Shown: positions 8,031-16,328 of the stretch, one piece after another
Layout of the letters: the number at the start of each line of letters is the position of its first letter
How positions within the stretch are numbered: the first letter of the stretch is position 1
Assembly: GCA_023247155.1 (NCBI GenBank)
Contig: JAHFGZ010000001.1
Span: 20,540 to 63,362, forward strand
From: Candidatus Omnitrophota bacterium
Lineage (GTDB): Bacteria > Omnitrophota > Gorgyraeia > Aquiviventales > Aquiviventaceae
DNA length: 42,823 nt
Direction: 5' to 3'
Program-made: the position numbers and the translations under genes
Notes under the pieces: generated by a model
Told to the model about the DNA's origin: nothing
Seen by the model: the letters and a program-made list of their open reading frames with translations, nothing else
The model's database searches: none

Positions 8031-9062
8031 CTAGGCGGTCCTCAAGGCGAGCCCGTAGGCGACGGCGAACTGGCCCGTCAGCCCGCGCCCAGGCGTCCAC
8101 GGCGTCACCGGTTGGGTGAGGTGGCGCTTCAGCACGTCGAGGAAGACGGCCGACTGGCCCAGCCCGCCGCTCAGGAAGGTCTCCTCCGGGGCGTGGCCAA
8201 ACCGGTTCTCAAAGTAGTCGAACGACAGCTGGAGCTCATCCACCAACGCCTGGGTCACCAGCTCCATCGAACTCCGCTGGTCCGGGGTCAGCTCCCCCTT
8301 GACGAGCGCAGCGCCCACGGCCGCCGCCTCGATGCCCAGATGGTCGGCGACGCCGCGGACGAGCTTGTCCGCCCCCCAGGGGATGTCCCGCACGAGGTAG
8401 GGCACCTCGCCCTGAAGGATGACGAGGTTGGTGAGCTGGGAGCCGACGTTCATCAGCGCGCGGGTCCCCTCGCGGCGACCGCTCCCGCTCGCCTGGAAGG
8501 CGTTGGTGAGCGCCAGGGCGTCCACGTCGATCAGGGCCGGTTCGCAGCCCGCGCGCTTCACCCCATCCATCCGGCGCTCGATGAGCTCCTTCTTGCAGGC
8601 GACGATCAGGACCCAGTTTTTCTTGGGGCCCGACGACCCAAGCACCACGCCGTCGAGCATGACGTCATGCACGTTGAAGGGCAGGTACCGCTGGGCCTCA
8701 AACGGGAGGGCCTGTTTGACTTCCTGAGGCTTCATGACGGGCATCTCCACCACCCGCATGATGACCCACTGCCCGCTGACCGCCACGTTGACCGACCGGC
8801 TCGGAAGCTTGAGCGCGCTCAGGGCCGCCCTGATCGCTTCGGACGCGTCCGCCTCCTGCCCCGCCTCAAGGGAGACGAGGTGCTGGCCGATCAGCGGACG
8901 GGATCCGATGCCCTTGCGCGGGCCCAAGGCGATCGCCTTGATCGAGGCCGAGCCCACATCGAGCCCGATGGTGCACTTCGCCTCTCGGAGCCGAACGGTC
9001 GTGAGGCGGTTGAAGAGCGGCGCCACGTGCGACAGCACGTTGGCGAACGGCACGGAGGGCAT
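8031..9062 (-). CDS. pilM: type IV pilus assembly protein PilM (actin-like ATPase fold)
   Basis: 343 aa. IGLDVGSASIKAIAL phosphate-1-like motif, typical length, and position directly upstream of pilN. Confidence 0.9.
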   Translation of the reverse strand: MPSVPFANVLSHVAPLFNRLTTVRLREAKCTIGLDVGSASIKAIALGPRKGIGSRPLIGQHLVSLEAGQEADASEAIRAALSALKLPSRSVNVAVSGQWVIMRVVEMPVMKPQEVKQALPFEAQRYLPFNVHDVMLDGVVLGSSGPKKNWVLIVACKKELIERRMDGVKRAGCEPALIDVDALALTNAFQASGSGRREGTRALMNVGSQLTNLVILQGEVPYLVRDIPWGADKLVRGVADHLGIEAAAVGAALVKGELTPDQRSSMELVTQALVDELQLSFDYFENRFGHAPEETFLSGGLGQSAVFLDVLKRHLTQPVTPWTPGRGLTGQFAVAYGLALRTA

Positions 9063-9179
9063 CGTCCGCTACGAATGCCGAAGCAGCGTCATCAGAACAT
9101 GGGGGGACGGCCCAATGCTCCCGGCCATTGAGCCGCCCCTGTCACAACCTTTCTCTTATACAGCTCCAAGTGCCGCGTG

Positions 9180-9722
9180 TTACGGACAGGCGGCATTCAC
9201 TGCTTGGTCGATGGTATTGCTCGCGACAGTGGCCTGCGTACCCTGCGCGACTGTCGTGCAGTGGCGCACGATCCCGCTCTCATCTGCAAAGAACGACCGC
9301 GTGCCGGTATTGTTGACTACCGAGGGGGTGGCTTGGAGCGTGTAATTGGTGCCCGCAGCATTCCCCGTGTAGGTCCACAGAAACCCTTGCACGAGCCCAG
9401 TGGCTGCGGTGGCACCTCCAGCCATCGTATTGCAGAACGACGGCGGTCCAAAGTCTGGCGTTGGCGCAGCTTCTACTGCGCAGTTCGCCTCATACATGGC
9501 GGGTTGCCACCCGACGCCGGTCGTAGGATACAGATTGTTCACAGACCGGAACATCTCTAGCGACGAAACGAGCGCTCGCATATTCCCGATGGCCGCCGAC
9601 TCGTTGGCCGTCGTGCGGCCGCGGAGCACGTTCGGGATCGCGATCGCCGCCAAGAGCGCGATGATGGCGACCACGATCATGATTTCAACGAGCGTGAAGC
9701 CTCCTTCGCGTGAACGTGTCAT
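9180..9722 (-). CDS. pilA: type IV (major) pilin, prepilin with N-terminal cleavage/methylation motif
   Basis: Leader MTRSREG then G|FTLVEIMIVVAIIALLAAIAIPNVLRGRTTANESAAIGNMRAL. Four Cys in the C-terminal half. Start placed at ATG 9722 because AAGGAGG lies 7 nt upstream; the track start at 9746 has no SD. Confidence 0.9.
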   Translation of the reverse strand: MTRSREGGFTLVEIMIVVAIIALLAAIAIPNVLRGRTTANESAAIGNMRALVSSLEMFRSVNNLYPTTGVGWQPAMYEANCAVEAAPTPDFGPPSFCNTMAGGATAATGLVQGFLWTYTGNAAGTNYTLQATPSVVNNTGTRSFFADESGIVRHCTTVAQGTQATVASNTIDQAVNAACP

Positions 9723-9826
9723 CGTCGTGCCTCCTTCATTGGACAAGAGATGGATAAAGCCTGACGACTCCTGACACCTGCCACGAGTTCAAGATCGCTC
9801 GCCGACCGTCACCTCCCTTCCAGACG

Positions 9827-9856
9827 AAAAAAGCCATTGCCGCATGGACAATGGCT
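9827..9856 (-). terminator. intrinsic terminator inside the pilin leader
   Basis: Minus strand AGCCATTG-TCCATGCGG-CAATGGCT followed by TTTTT; lies 105 nt upstream of the pilin ATG. Confidence 0.65.
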
Positions 9857-10042
9857 CTTCGTGCTTTCCAGCGGCAACCCAGCCACCCTCAGGACAGACG
9901 TAGACGTTTCCGCCATCCTGACCGCCGGTCCCGGGAAGACCAACGGCCTGACGGCTTCCTCACGCCTCGCCAGCTCCCAAGGGTCTGTGGTTTTCCGACC
10001 CCGCCTCACGGCGAGTGTGGCCTGAACGCTGAATCAGTTGTC
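9857..10042 (-). ncRNA. unclassified structured leader RNA or sRNA upstream of the pilin gene
   Basis: Non-coding stretch between a promoter-like site and the terminator. Contains GC-rich hairpins, e.g. CUCGCC-GUGA-GGCGGG (GNRA loop), GGUC-N11-GACC and UCAGGA-N21-UCCUGA. No credible ORF on either strand. Confidence 0.4.
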
Positions 10043-10048
10043 GCCCCA

Positions 10049-10077
10049 ACTATGCCATACAACCCCTACGGAGTCAA
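10049..10077 (-). promoter_or_regulatory. sigma70-type promoter for the pilin leader
   Basis: Minus strand TTGACT (10077-10072), 17 nt, CATAGT (10054-10049). The -10 context ATAGTTGG(G/T)GCG is shared with the riboswitch promoter at 16807-16836. Confidence 0.45.
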
Positions 10078-10102
10078 GCAGTTCTTTGGAGGGCGCTGGG
10101 GA

Positions 10103-10125
10103 AACATGGTGTCTGACACCATGTT
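10103..10125. repeat. 10-bp-stem palindrome AACATGGTGT-CTG-ACACCATGTT just after the pilC stop (possible weak terminator or REP-like unit)
   Basis: Perfect inverted repeat with core GTGTCTGACAC. The 3' tail on the minus strand is UCCCCAG, a poor U-tract. Confidence 0.4.
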
Positions 10126-10127
10126 AG

Positions 10128-11339
10128 CTAGTGGCTGACCAGGGTGGAGATCTTGAAGATGGGCAGGAAGAGCGCGATGACGATGCCGCCGATGACCACC
10201 CCCAGGATCGCGATGACCAGCGGCTCAATGATGCTCGTCAGGGCGGTGACGGCGGCGTCCACCTCGTTCTCATAGAAGTCGGCGATCTTGGTCAGCATCT
10301 TCTCCAGCTCGCCGGTCTTCTCTCCCACGGAGATCATCCGGGTCACCATCGTGGGGAATACCTGGCTCAGGGCGAGCGGGCTCGCGATGTTCTCCCCTTC
10401 TTTGATGCTGGCCCTGGCCGCCAGGACCGCCCCCTCCACCACCTTGTTCCCGGCCGTCTTGGCCACGATCTCCAGGGCAGTGAGGATCGGCACGCCGGAT
10501 TTCACCAGGGTGGCGAGGGTGCGGGCGAACCGCGCGATGAAGACTTTCTGCAGCAGCTTGCCGATGACGGGGACCCGTAAGGTGAGCCGGTCACACCAGA
10601 GCCGGCCGGTGGGTGTCCCGATGTACAGGCGCGCGCCGATCACCAGGGCCAGGCACGCCAGCACCTCGTAGGCGAGATACTTCCCGATGAACTCGCTCAA
10701 GCCCAGGAGGAGCTGCGTCGGCACCGGGAGCTCACCGCCCAACGCCAGGAAGATCTCCTTGAACTTCGGCACGATGACCACGAGCAGGAAGGTGGTGATC
10801 CCGATGGCCAGGACGGTGACGAACGCCGGATAGAAGAGGCTGGCGCGCACCTTCCGCTGGAGCACGCTGACCTTTTCGATGTACGCGGCCACCCGGTCCA
10901 GGATCTCGTCCAGCCGGCCGGAGGATTCCCCCGCCCGGACCATGTTGACGAAGAAGTGGGAAAACGCCCGCGGGTGCCGGCCGATGGCCTCGGAGAGGCT
11001 GGACCCGGCTTCGATGTCGCCCCGCACCTTCTTGAGGATCTGCCGGAACGTCCGGTCCTCCATCTGGTCCCCCAGGACGTCGAGCGCCTGAGCGATCGGG
11101 ATGCCGCTGTCGACCATCGTCGCCAGCTGGCGGGAAAAGATGACGAGCTGCTCGGATTTGACGTGGGACTGGCCGACCTTCAGGACCGCGAACGCGCCGT
11201 GCCCGCGCTCCTCGATCGACAAGACGACGAACTCCCGCCTCCAGAGCTGCTCGATGAGGGTGTTGCGCGACTCGGCATCCAGCGTGCCGGTATGCGTCTT
11301 GCCGAGCTTGTCCTTCACCACGTACCCGAACGTCGGCAT
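10128..11339 (-). CDS. pilC: type IV pilus platform protein PilC (GspF family)
   Basis: 403 aa with two T2SS-F repeats and three TM regions. ATG at 11339, 15 nt after the pilB stop. Confidence 0.93.
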   Translation of the reverse strand: MPTFGYVVKDKLGKTHTGTLDAESRNTLIEQLWRREFVVLSIEERGHGAFAVLKVGQSHVKSEQLVIFSRQLATMVDSGIPIAQALDVLGDQMEDRTFRQILKKVRGDIEAGSSLSEAIGRHPRAFSHFFVNMVRAGESSGRLDEILDRVAAYIEKVSVLQRKVRASLFYPAFVTVLAIGITTFLLVVIVPKFKEIFLALGGELPVPTQLLLGLSEFIGKYLAYEVLACLALVIGARLYIGTPTGRLWCDRLTLRVPVIGKLLQKVFIARFARTLATLVKSGVPILTALEIVAKTAGNKVVEGAVLAARASIKEGENIASPLALSQVFPTMVTRMISVGEKTGELEKMLTKIADFYENEVDAAVTALTSIIEPLVIAILGVVIGGIVIALFLPIFKISTLVSH

Positions 11340-11354
11340 CGTCGCGCTGCTCCG

Positions 11355-13052
11355 TTACTCTTCTGACGTCACGGCGACCACTTCCTCGAGGGTCGTCAGG
11401 CCCATCGCGGCCTTCTGCAGGCCGTCCTGACGCAACGGGACCATCCCCAGCGCCTTGACGGCGTGCTCCTTGATCTCCCACGACTGGGCCCGCGAGACAA
11501 TCAGCTCCCGGATCCGCTCGTCCACCTCAAAGACCTCGATGATGCCCAGGCGGCCCCGGTAGCCCGTCCCGCGGCAGTGCCGGCAGCCCTTGGCCTCGAA
11601 GAAGGTCGTCTCCTTGGAGGGGCGCACGTCCAGGCGCTCGAGGAGGGCGGGGCTCGGCGTGAACGGCTCGCGGCACTTGGCGCACAGCGCGCGGACGAGC
11701 CGCTGGGCTTCGATGAGGCTGACGCTGGAGGCCACGAGGAACGGCTCGACCCCCATGTCGATGAGCCGCGTCACCGCCGAGGCGGCGTCGTTCGTGTGCA
11801 ATGTCGAGAGCACCAGCTGCCCCGTCAGGCTCGCCTTCATGGCGATGTCGGCGGTCTCGAAGTCCCGGATCTCCCCGATCATCACGATGTCCGGGCTCTG
11901 CCGCAGGAGGGCGCGGAGGCCGCTCGCGAACGTCAGCCCCGCCTCCGGATGGACCTGCACCTGCGTGATGCCTTCAATCTGATACTCCACCGGGTCCTCA
12001 ATGGTGATGAGGTTCCGCGTCGGTTGGTTCAGCTGGGTCAAGACGGAATAGAGCGTGGTCGATTTCCCCGAGCCGGTGGGGCCGGTCACCAGGATCATCC
12101 CGTGAGGCCGTTGCACCGCGGCCTTGAACTGCTCGATCGACCCCGGGAGGAACCCCAGGTGATCCAGGCCGATCGACAGGTTGGCCTTGTCCAGGAGCCG
12201 CAGGACCGCCTTCCCCCCGTGCGTGATCGGGAGGATGGACACACGGAAGTCCACCTCCCGCTCCTCCAGCCGCACCTTGAACCGGCCGTCCTGCGGGGTC
12301 CGCCACTCGGTGATGTCGAGGCCGGACATGATCTTGAGCCGGGTCAGCATCGGGTTCTGCACCGCCTTGGGGAAGCGGTGGGATTCGACCAGGCGCCCAT
12401 CCACCCGATAGCGCACGCGCAGCGTATCCGCCATCGGCTCCAGGTGGATATCCGAGGCGCGGGACCGCATCGCTTCGATCACCAGGAGGTTGAGCACCTG
12501 GACGATCGGCGCGTCGGTGTTCTCCTGCTCGCTGAGCAGCAGGGCGATCGCCGTGTCGATGGTGTCGTCCGGCCCTTCGCTGCCGGAGCCGCGGTCCATC
12601 GCGTCCGCCGCCGGCCCCTGTTGCGCGTAGGCCTGCTCGATGGCCCGACGGATCTCCACCTCGGAGGCCAGCACCGGGTCGATGGCGACCTGGGTCAGGG
12701 CCTTGAGATCATCCACAGCCACGATGTTCATCGGGTCGCTCATCGCCACGACCAGGCGGTCCCCGAACTTCGCCAGCGCGACCAAGGTGTATTGGCGGGC
12801 GAACCGTTCCGGGATGAGCCGGGTCACGGCGGGATCCATGCGGTACTTCTCCAGGGAGATCATGGGGAGGCTGAATGCCTTGGACAACAGCTCAATGAGC
12901 TTGGATTCCGAGATCACGCCCTGCTCGATGAGCAGGCGGGCGAAGCTCTTGCCGTTCTGGGACGACTCGGTCTCCAGCTTGTCCAGCTGCTCCGGCTTGA
13001 CGAGCTGCTGCGCGATGAGCAGCTCGGCGACCCGCTGTCTGAAGCTGCTCAT
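11355..13052 (-). CDS. pilB: type IV pilus assembly ATPase PilB (GspE family), paralogue 1
   Basis: 565 aa. Walker A GPTGSGKSTT, Walker B DPDVIMIGEIRD, His box TGQLVLSTLHTN, tetracysteine CAKC...CRHC, N-terminal GspE-N/MshEN-like domain. ATGA overlap with the upstream paralogue. Confidence 0.93.
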   Translation of the reverse strand: MSSFRQRVAELLIAQQLVKPEQLDKLETESSQNGKSFARLLIEQGVISESKLIELLSKAFSLPMISLEKYRMDPAVTRLIPERFARQYTLVALAKFGDRLVVAMSDPMNIVAVDDLKALTQVAIDPVLASEVEIRRAIEQAYAQQGPAADAMDRGSGSEGPDDTIDTAIALLLSEQENTDAPIVQVLNLLVIEAMRSRASDIHLEPMADTLRVRYRVDGRLVESHRFPKAVQNPMLTRLKIMSGLDITEWRTPQDGRFKVRLEEREVDFRVSILPITHGGKAVLRLLDKANLSIGLDHLGFLPGSIEQFKAAVQRPHGMILVTGPTGSGKSTTLYSVLTQLNQPTRNLITIEDPVEYQIEGITQVQVHPEAGLTFASGLRALLRQSPDIVMIGEIRDFETADIAMKASLTGQLVLSTLHTNDAASAVTRLIDMGVEPFLVASSVSLIEAQRLVRALCAKCREPFTPSPALLERLDVRPSKETTFFEAKGCRHCRGTGYRGRLGIIEVFEVDERIRELIVSRAQSWEIKEHAVKALGMVPLRQDGLQKAAMGLTTLEEVVAVTSEE

Positions 13053-14764
13053 CCCACCACCTCCCCGATGGTGGTGCGAAACACCTCATCGAGGGTCGTG
13101 CTGTGCGCCACCACCTTCGCCAAGCCATGGTCCCGCAGCGTCTTCATGCCTTCCTTGCGGGCCGCGTTCTGCACCTCGCGCTCCGGCGCCCGCCGGAGGA
13201 TCAGCTCCCGGGTCTGGGGGCTCATGATGAGGGTCTCGGCGATGACCTCCCGCCCGGCGTAGCCCGACTTGAAGCACGCGCGGCAGCCGGCGCCTCGGAC
13301 GAGCTCCAGCGGCTCCCCCCGCTTATCCACCAGGCCCAGCTTCTCGGCCATCCCCTTCGGAGGGCGGTAGCGCTCGGGGCATTTCGGACAGACCTTGCGG
13401 ACCAGCCGTTGGCCGACGACCGCCATGACGCAGGAGTTGATGAGGAAGGGCTCCATCCCCATGTTGACCAGCCGGATGACCGAGCCCGCCGCGCTGTTGG
13501 TGTGGAGCGTGCTCAGCACCAGGTGGCCCGTCAGCGCGGACTTGATCGCCATGTCCGCCGTCTCGGCGTCGCGGATCTCCCCCACCATGATCACGTCGGG
13601 GTCTTGGCGCAGGATCGACCGCAGCGTCTTGGCGAACGTCAGCCCGATGTCCGTCTTCACGTTGACCTGGTTGACCCCTCCCAGGTCGAACTCCACCGGG
13701 TCCTCGACCGTCACGATGTTTTTCTCGGGGCTGTCGATCATCTTCAGCAGCGCGTAGAGCGTCGTGGTCTTGCCGGACCCCGTCGGGCCGGTCGACAGGA
13801 GCATCCCGTGCGGCCGGCGGGCGCAGGCCTTCAGCCGCTCCAGGTCCTCGGGGGAAAACCCGAGGGTGTCGATGTCGAGCTTGACCTCGCCCTTGTCGAG
13901 GACCCGGACGCAGACGTTGCCGCCGAAGCTGGAGGGGAGGACGGACACCCGGAAATCGATCAGGCGCTCATCCACGCGGAAGTTGAAATGGCCGTCCTGC
14001 GGCAGCCGGCGCTCGGCGATGTTGAGCTCCGACATGATCTTGATGCGGGAGACCACCGCTGGCTGGAGGTGCTTGGGCGGCGCCGGGCCCTCCTGGAGGA
14101 CGCCATCGACCCGGTAGCGGACCCGGACGCTCTGCTCCCGCGGCTCGATGAACAGGTCCGAGGCGTGCATCCGGACCGCGCGGGTCAGGATGGCGTCGGT
14201 CAGTTTGATGACCGGCGCTTCCTGCGTCTGCCGCAACAGCTGCTCCGCCTCCGACCCTTCCTCGCCGGTGATGACCGTATGGGAGTTGGATTCGGTCTTC
14301 CTCACCATCTCGCGCAGCGTCTCCTCGACCCCGGTCCCATAGAAGGTGTCGATGGCGTCCCGGATGTCCTTGGGCGTGGCCAGCACCGGGCTGATCGAGA
14401 GGCCGGTCATCGTGGCGAGGATATCCAGGGCGAACACGTTCAACGGATCGGCCATGGCGATGGTGAGCGTCTGGCCGGTGCAGGAGATGGGGATGAGCTG
14501 GTATTGGAGGGCGAGGTCGCGGGGGATCAGCGCCTTCAGGCCGACATCCAGCTTCATCCGGGACAGGTTGATCGGCGGGATGCCGATGCCCTGGCTGACG
14601 GCCGCGACCAGGTCCGCCTCGCTCACCAGGCCGCGCTCCATCAGGAGGGCCTGCAGGCTTCCCCCCTGCGTCCGCTGCACCGCGAGGACGCCTTCCATCT
14701 GCTCCGGCGTGAGGAGGCCCCGGGAGAGCAGGGCGTCAATGATGCGTTTCTGAAGGCTCGCCAT
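13049..14764 (-). CDS. GspE/PilB-family secretion ATPase, paralogue 2
   Basis: Walker A GPTGSGKTTT, DPDVIMVGEIRD, TGHLVLSTLHTN, CPKC...CRAC. Start placed at ATG 14764 (MASLQKRIIDALLSRGLL), which begins the N-terminal MshEN-like domain. The track extension to 14857 is Arg-rich and overlaps the upstream gene. Confidence 0.88.
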   Translation of the reverse strand: MASLQKRIIDALLSRGLLTPEQMEGVLAVQRTQGGSLQALLMERGLVSEADLVAAVSQGIGIPPINLSRMKLDVGLKALIPRDLALQYQLIPISCTGQTLTIAMADPLNVFALDILATMTGLSISPVLATPKDIRDAIDTFYGTGVEETLREMVRKTESNSHTVITGEEGSEAEQLLRQTQEAPVIKLTDAILTRAVRMHASDLFIEPREQSVRVRYRVDGVLQEGPAPPKHLQPAVVSRIKIMSELNIAERRLPQDGHFNFRVDERLIDFRVSVLPSSFGGNVCVRVLDKGEVKLDIDTLGFSPEDLERLKACARRPHGMLLSTGPTGSGKTTTLYALLKMIDSPEKNIVTVEDPVEFDLGGVNQVNVKTDIGLTFAKTLRSILRQDPDVIMVGEIRDAETADMAIKSALTGHLVLSTLHTNSAAGSVIRLVNMGMEPFLINSCVMAVVGQRLVRKVCPKCPERYRPPKGMAEKLGLVDKRGEPLELVRGAGCRACFKSGYAGREVIAETLIMSPQTRELILRRAPEREVQNAARKEGMKTLRDHGLAKVVAHSTTLDEVFRTTIGEVVG

Positions 14765-15230
14765 CGCCTGCCCCGTTGTCTGCCCCCTTCGGCCCCGCAT
14801 AATGCTTGGTGATCGCCTTCTCGATCTCCGTCGGCGTGCTGACGAACGTCTGGACAATGCACTTCGTCAGGAGCTCGATCTCCTCGATCGCCTTGACGTT
14901 GGAGGGATCGGCCATGACCAGGGTCAGGGCGTTCCCGATGCGGTCGATGGGGATCAGGCAGTACTGCCGGGCGACCCCTTCGGGGATCAGGGCCGTCAGC
15001 CCGCCGTCGATCTCATAGTTGTCGAGCGGCAAATAGGGAAAGCCGTATTGCGCGGTCAGCGCCAGGGCGATCTCCTCTTCCGTGGTGTACCCCAGGTGGA
15101 TGAGCACCTGGCCCAGCAGCCCGCCGTGCGCCTTCTGCTTCGCCAGGGCCTCCTCGAGCTTCGCCCGCGTGAGGACGCCGCGCTCAAGGAGGATCTCCCC
15201 AATCCGCTTGGTGATGATCCGTTTGGCCAT
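14736..15230 (-). CDS. stand-alone GspE-N/MshEN domain protein (predicted c-di-GMP receptor)
   Basis: 164 aa. RIGEILLERGVLTRAKLEEALAKQ, a 5-aa spacer, then LLGQVLIHLGYTTEEEIALALTAQ match both halves of the published MshEN motif RLGxxLLxxGLLxxxxLxxxLxxQ. No ATPase domain. Confidence 0.8.
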   Translation of the reverse strand: MAKRIITKRIGEILLERGVLTRAKLEEALAKQKAHGGLLGQVLIHLGYTTEEEIALALTAQYGFPYLPLDNYEIDGGLTALIPEGVARQYCLIPIDRIGNALTLVMADPSNVKAIEEIELLTKCIVQTFVSTPTEIEKAITKHYAGPKGADNGAGDGEPSETHH

Positions 15231-15251
15231 CAGCCTGCCGCTCCCCTGCGG

Positions 15252-16328
15252 TCACCGGTTCATGATCCGCGTGAGGTCGTCCGGGTCGCTGGAGCGCGCC
15301 AGCGCGTATTCCAGCGTGATGACCCGGTTGGCGTACAGCTCATAGAGCGACTGGTTCATCGTCTTCATGCCCTCTTTCTGCCCCGTCTGGATCACCGAGT
15401 AGAGCTGATGGATCTTTTGCTCGCGGACGAGCGAGCGGACCGCGTGGTTCACCATGAGGAACTCCATCGCCAGCACCCGACCGCGGCCGCCCGCCTTGGG
15501 GATCAGCTGCTGGGAGATGACCCCGAGGAGCTCCAGGGAGAGCTGGACGCGGACCTGGTTCTGCTGGCTCGCCGGAAAGACATCCACGATGCGGTTCACC
15601 GTCTGCATCGCGTCGGAGGTGTGGAGGGTGGCCAGGACGAGGTGGCCCGTCTCCGCGACGATCAGCGCTGTCTCGATGGTCTCGAGATCGCGCATCTCCC
15701 CGATGAGGATGACGTCGGGATCCTGCCGCAGGACGTGCTTCAGCCCCTGGGCGAACGACTGGGTGTCGCTGCCCACCTCCCGCTGGTCCACGATGGACCG
15801 CTTGCTCGTGTGCGTGTACTCGATGGGGTCCTCGATGGTGACGATGTGGAACGATTTGTTCGTATTGAGGTAATCCACCATGGCGGCGAGCGTCGTGGTC
15901 TTCCCTGACCCGGTGGCCCCGGTGACGAGGACCAGCCCCTGGGGCTTCTCGCACAGCTCGGTCATCAGCTTGACCGGCAGGCCCAGCTCCGCGAAGTTCA
16001 TGATCCGAAACGGGAGCATCCGCAGCGCCATGCCCACGTAGCCTTGCTGGACGAAGTAGTTGGCGCGGAACCGCGCCAGCCCCTCCACCGAAAAGGCGAA
16101 GTCCAGCTCCTTCCACCGCTCGAAGCGCTCGATCTTCTCCGGCGCGAGCAGGCTGTAGGCGAGCTCCTTCACCTCGGTGCCGGAGAGCGCTGCGTGGTCC
16201 GTCGCGACCAGGCGGTCGTCCAGGCGCAGGCGCGGCGGACTGTTCGCGCCCAGGTGGAGATCGGTCGCCCCCTGCTCGACCATGGCCCGCAGGAGCTCCT
16301 CCATGGTGGGCTTCACTGACACGGCCAT
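15252..16328 (-). CDS. pilT: twitching motility (retraction) ATPase PilT
   Basis: 358 aa from ATG 16328 (MAVSVKPTMEELLRAMVEQGATDLHL). Walker A GATGSGKTTT and PilT signature AVRSLVREQKIHQLYS. The upstream 101 codons of the track ORF overlap the RHH gene and leader. Confidence 0.93.
   Translation of the reverse strand: MAVSVKPTMEELLRAMVEQGATDLHLGANSPPRLRLDDRLVATDHAALSGTEVKELAYSLLAPEKIERFERWKELDFAFSVEGLARFRANYFVQQGYVGMALRMLPFRIMNFAELGLPVKLMTELCEKPQGLVLVTGATGSGKTTTLAAMVDYLNTNKSFHIVTIEDPIEYTHTSKRSIVDQREVGSDTQSFAQGLKHVLRQDPDVILIGEMRDLETIETALIVAETGHLVLATLHTSDAMQTVNRIVDVFPASQQNQVRVQLSLELLGVISQQLIPKAGGRGRVLAMEFLMVNHAVRSLVREQKIHQLYSVIQTGQKEGMKTMNQSLYELYANRVITLEYALARSSDPDDLTRIMNR

Noticed and set aside
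9155-9180. Internal promoter for pilMNOPQ just after the pilin stop (TAACAC-16-TATAAG on the minus strand).
   Set aside because: The -10 is good but the -35 is poor (3 of 6), so it is not distinguishable from chance.
9750-9800. Sigma54 promoter upstream of the pilin (TGGCAGGTGTCAGGAGT on the minus strand), as is common for pilA genes.
   Set aside because: The -12 element (TTGC) is missing at the required spacing, and only the GG of the -24 box fits. The direct repeats GTCAGG nearby were noted but are too short to call.
9857-10042. Assigning the pilin leader to a known riboswitch class (GEMM-I, c-di-GMP-II, ZTP), to SRP RNA or to 6S RNA.
   Set aside because: There are no GGCAAACC/CGCAAAGCC boxes and no c-di-GMP-II or ZTP pseudoknot consensus. 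AGGAAGC/GUCAGG occur in the wrong order for SRP domain IV. The size and structure are not convincing for 6S. Left unclassified.
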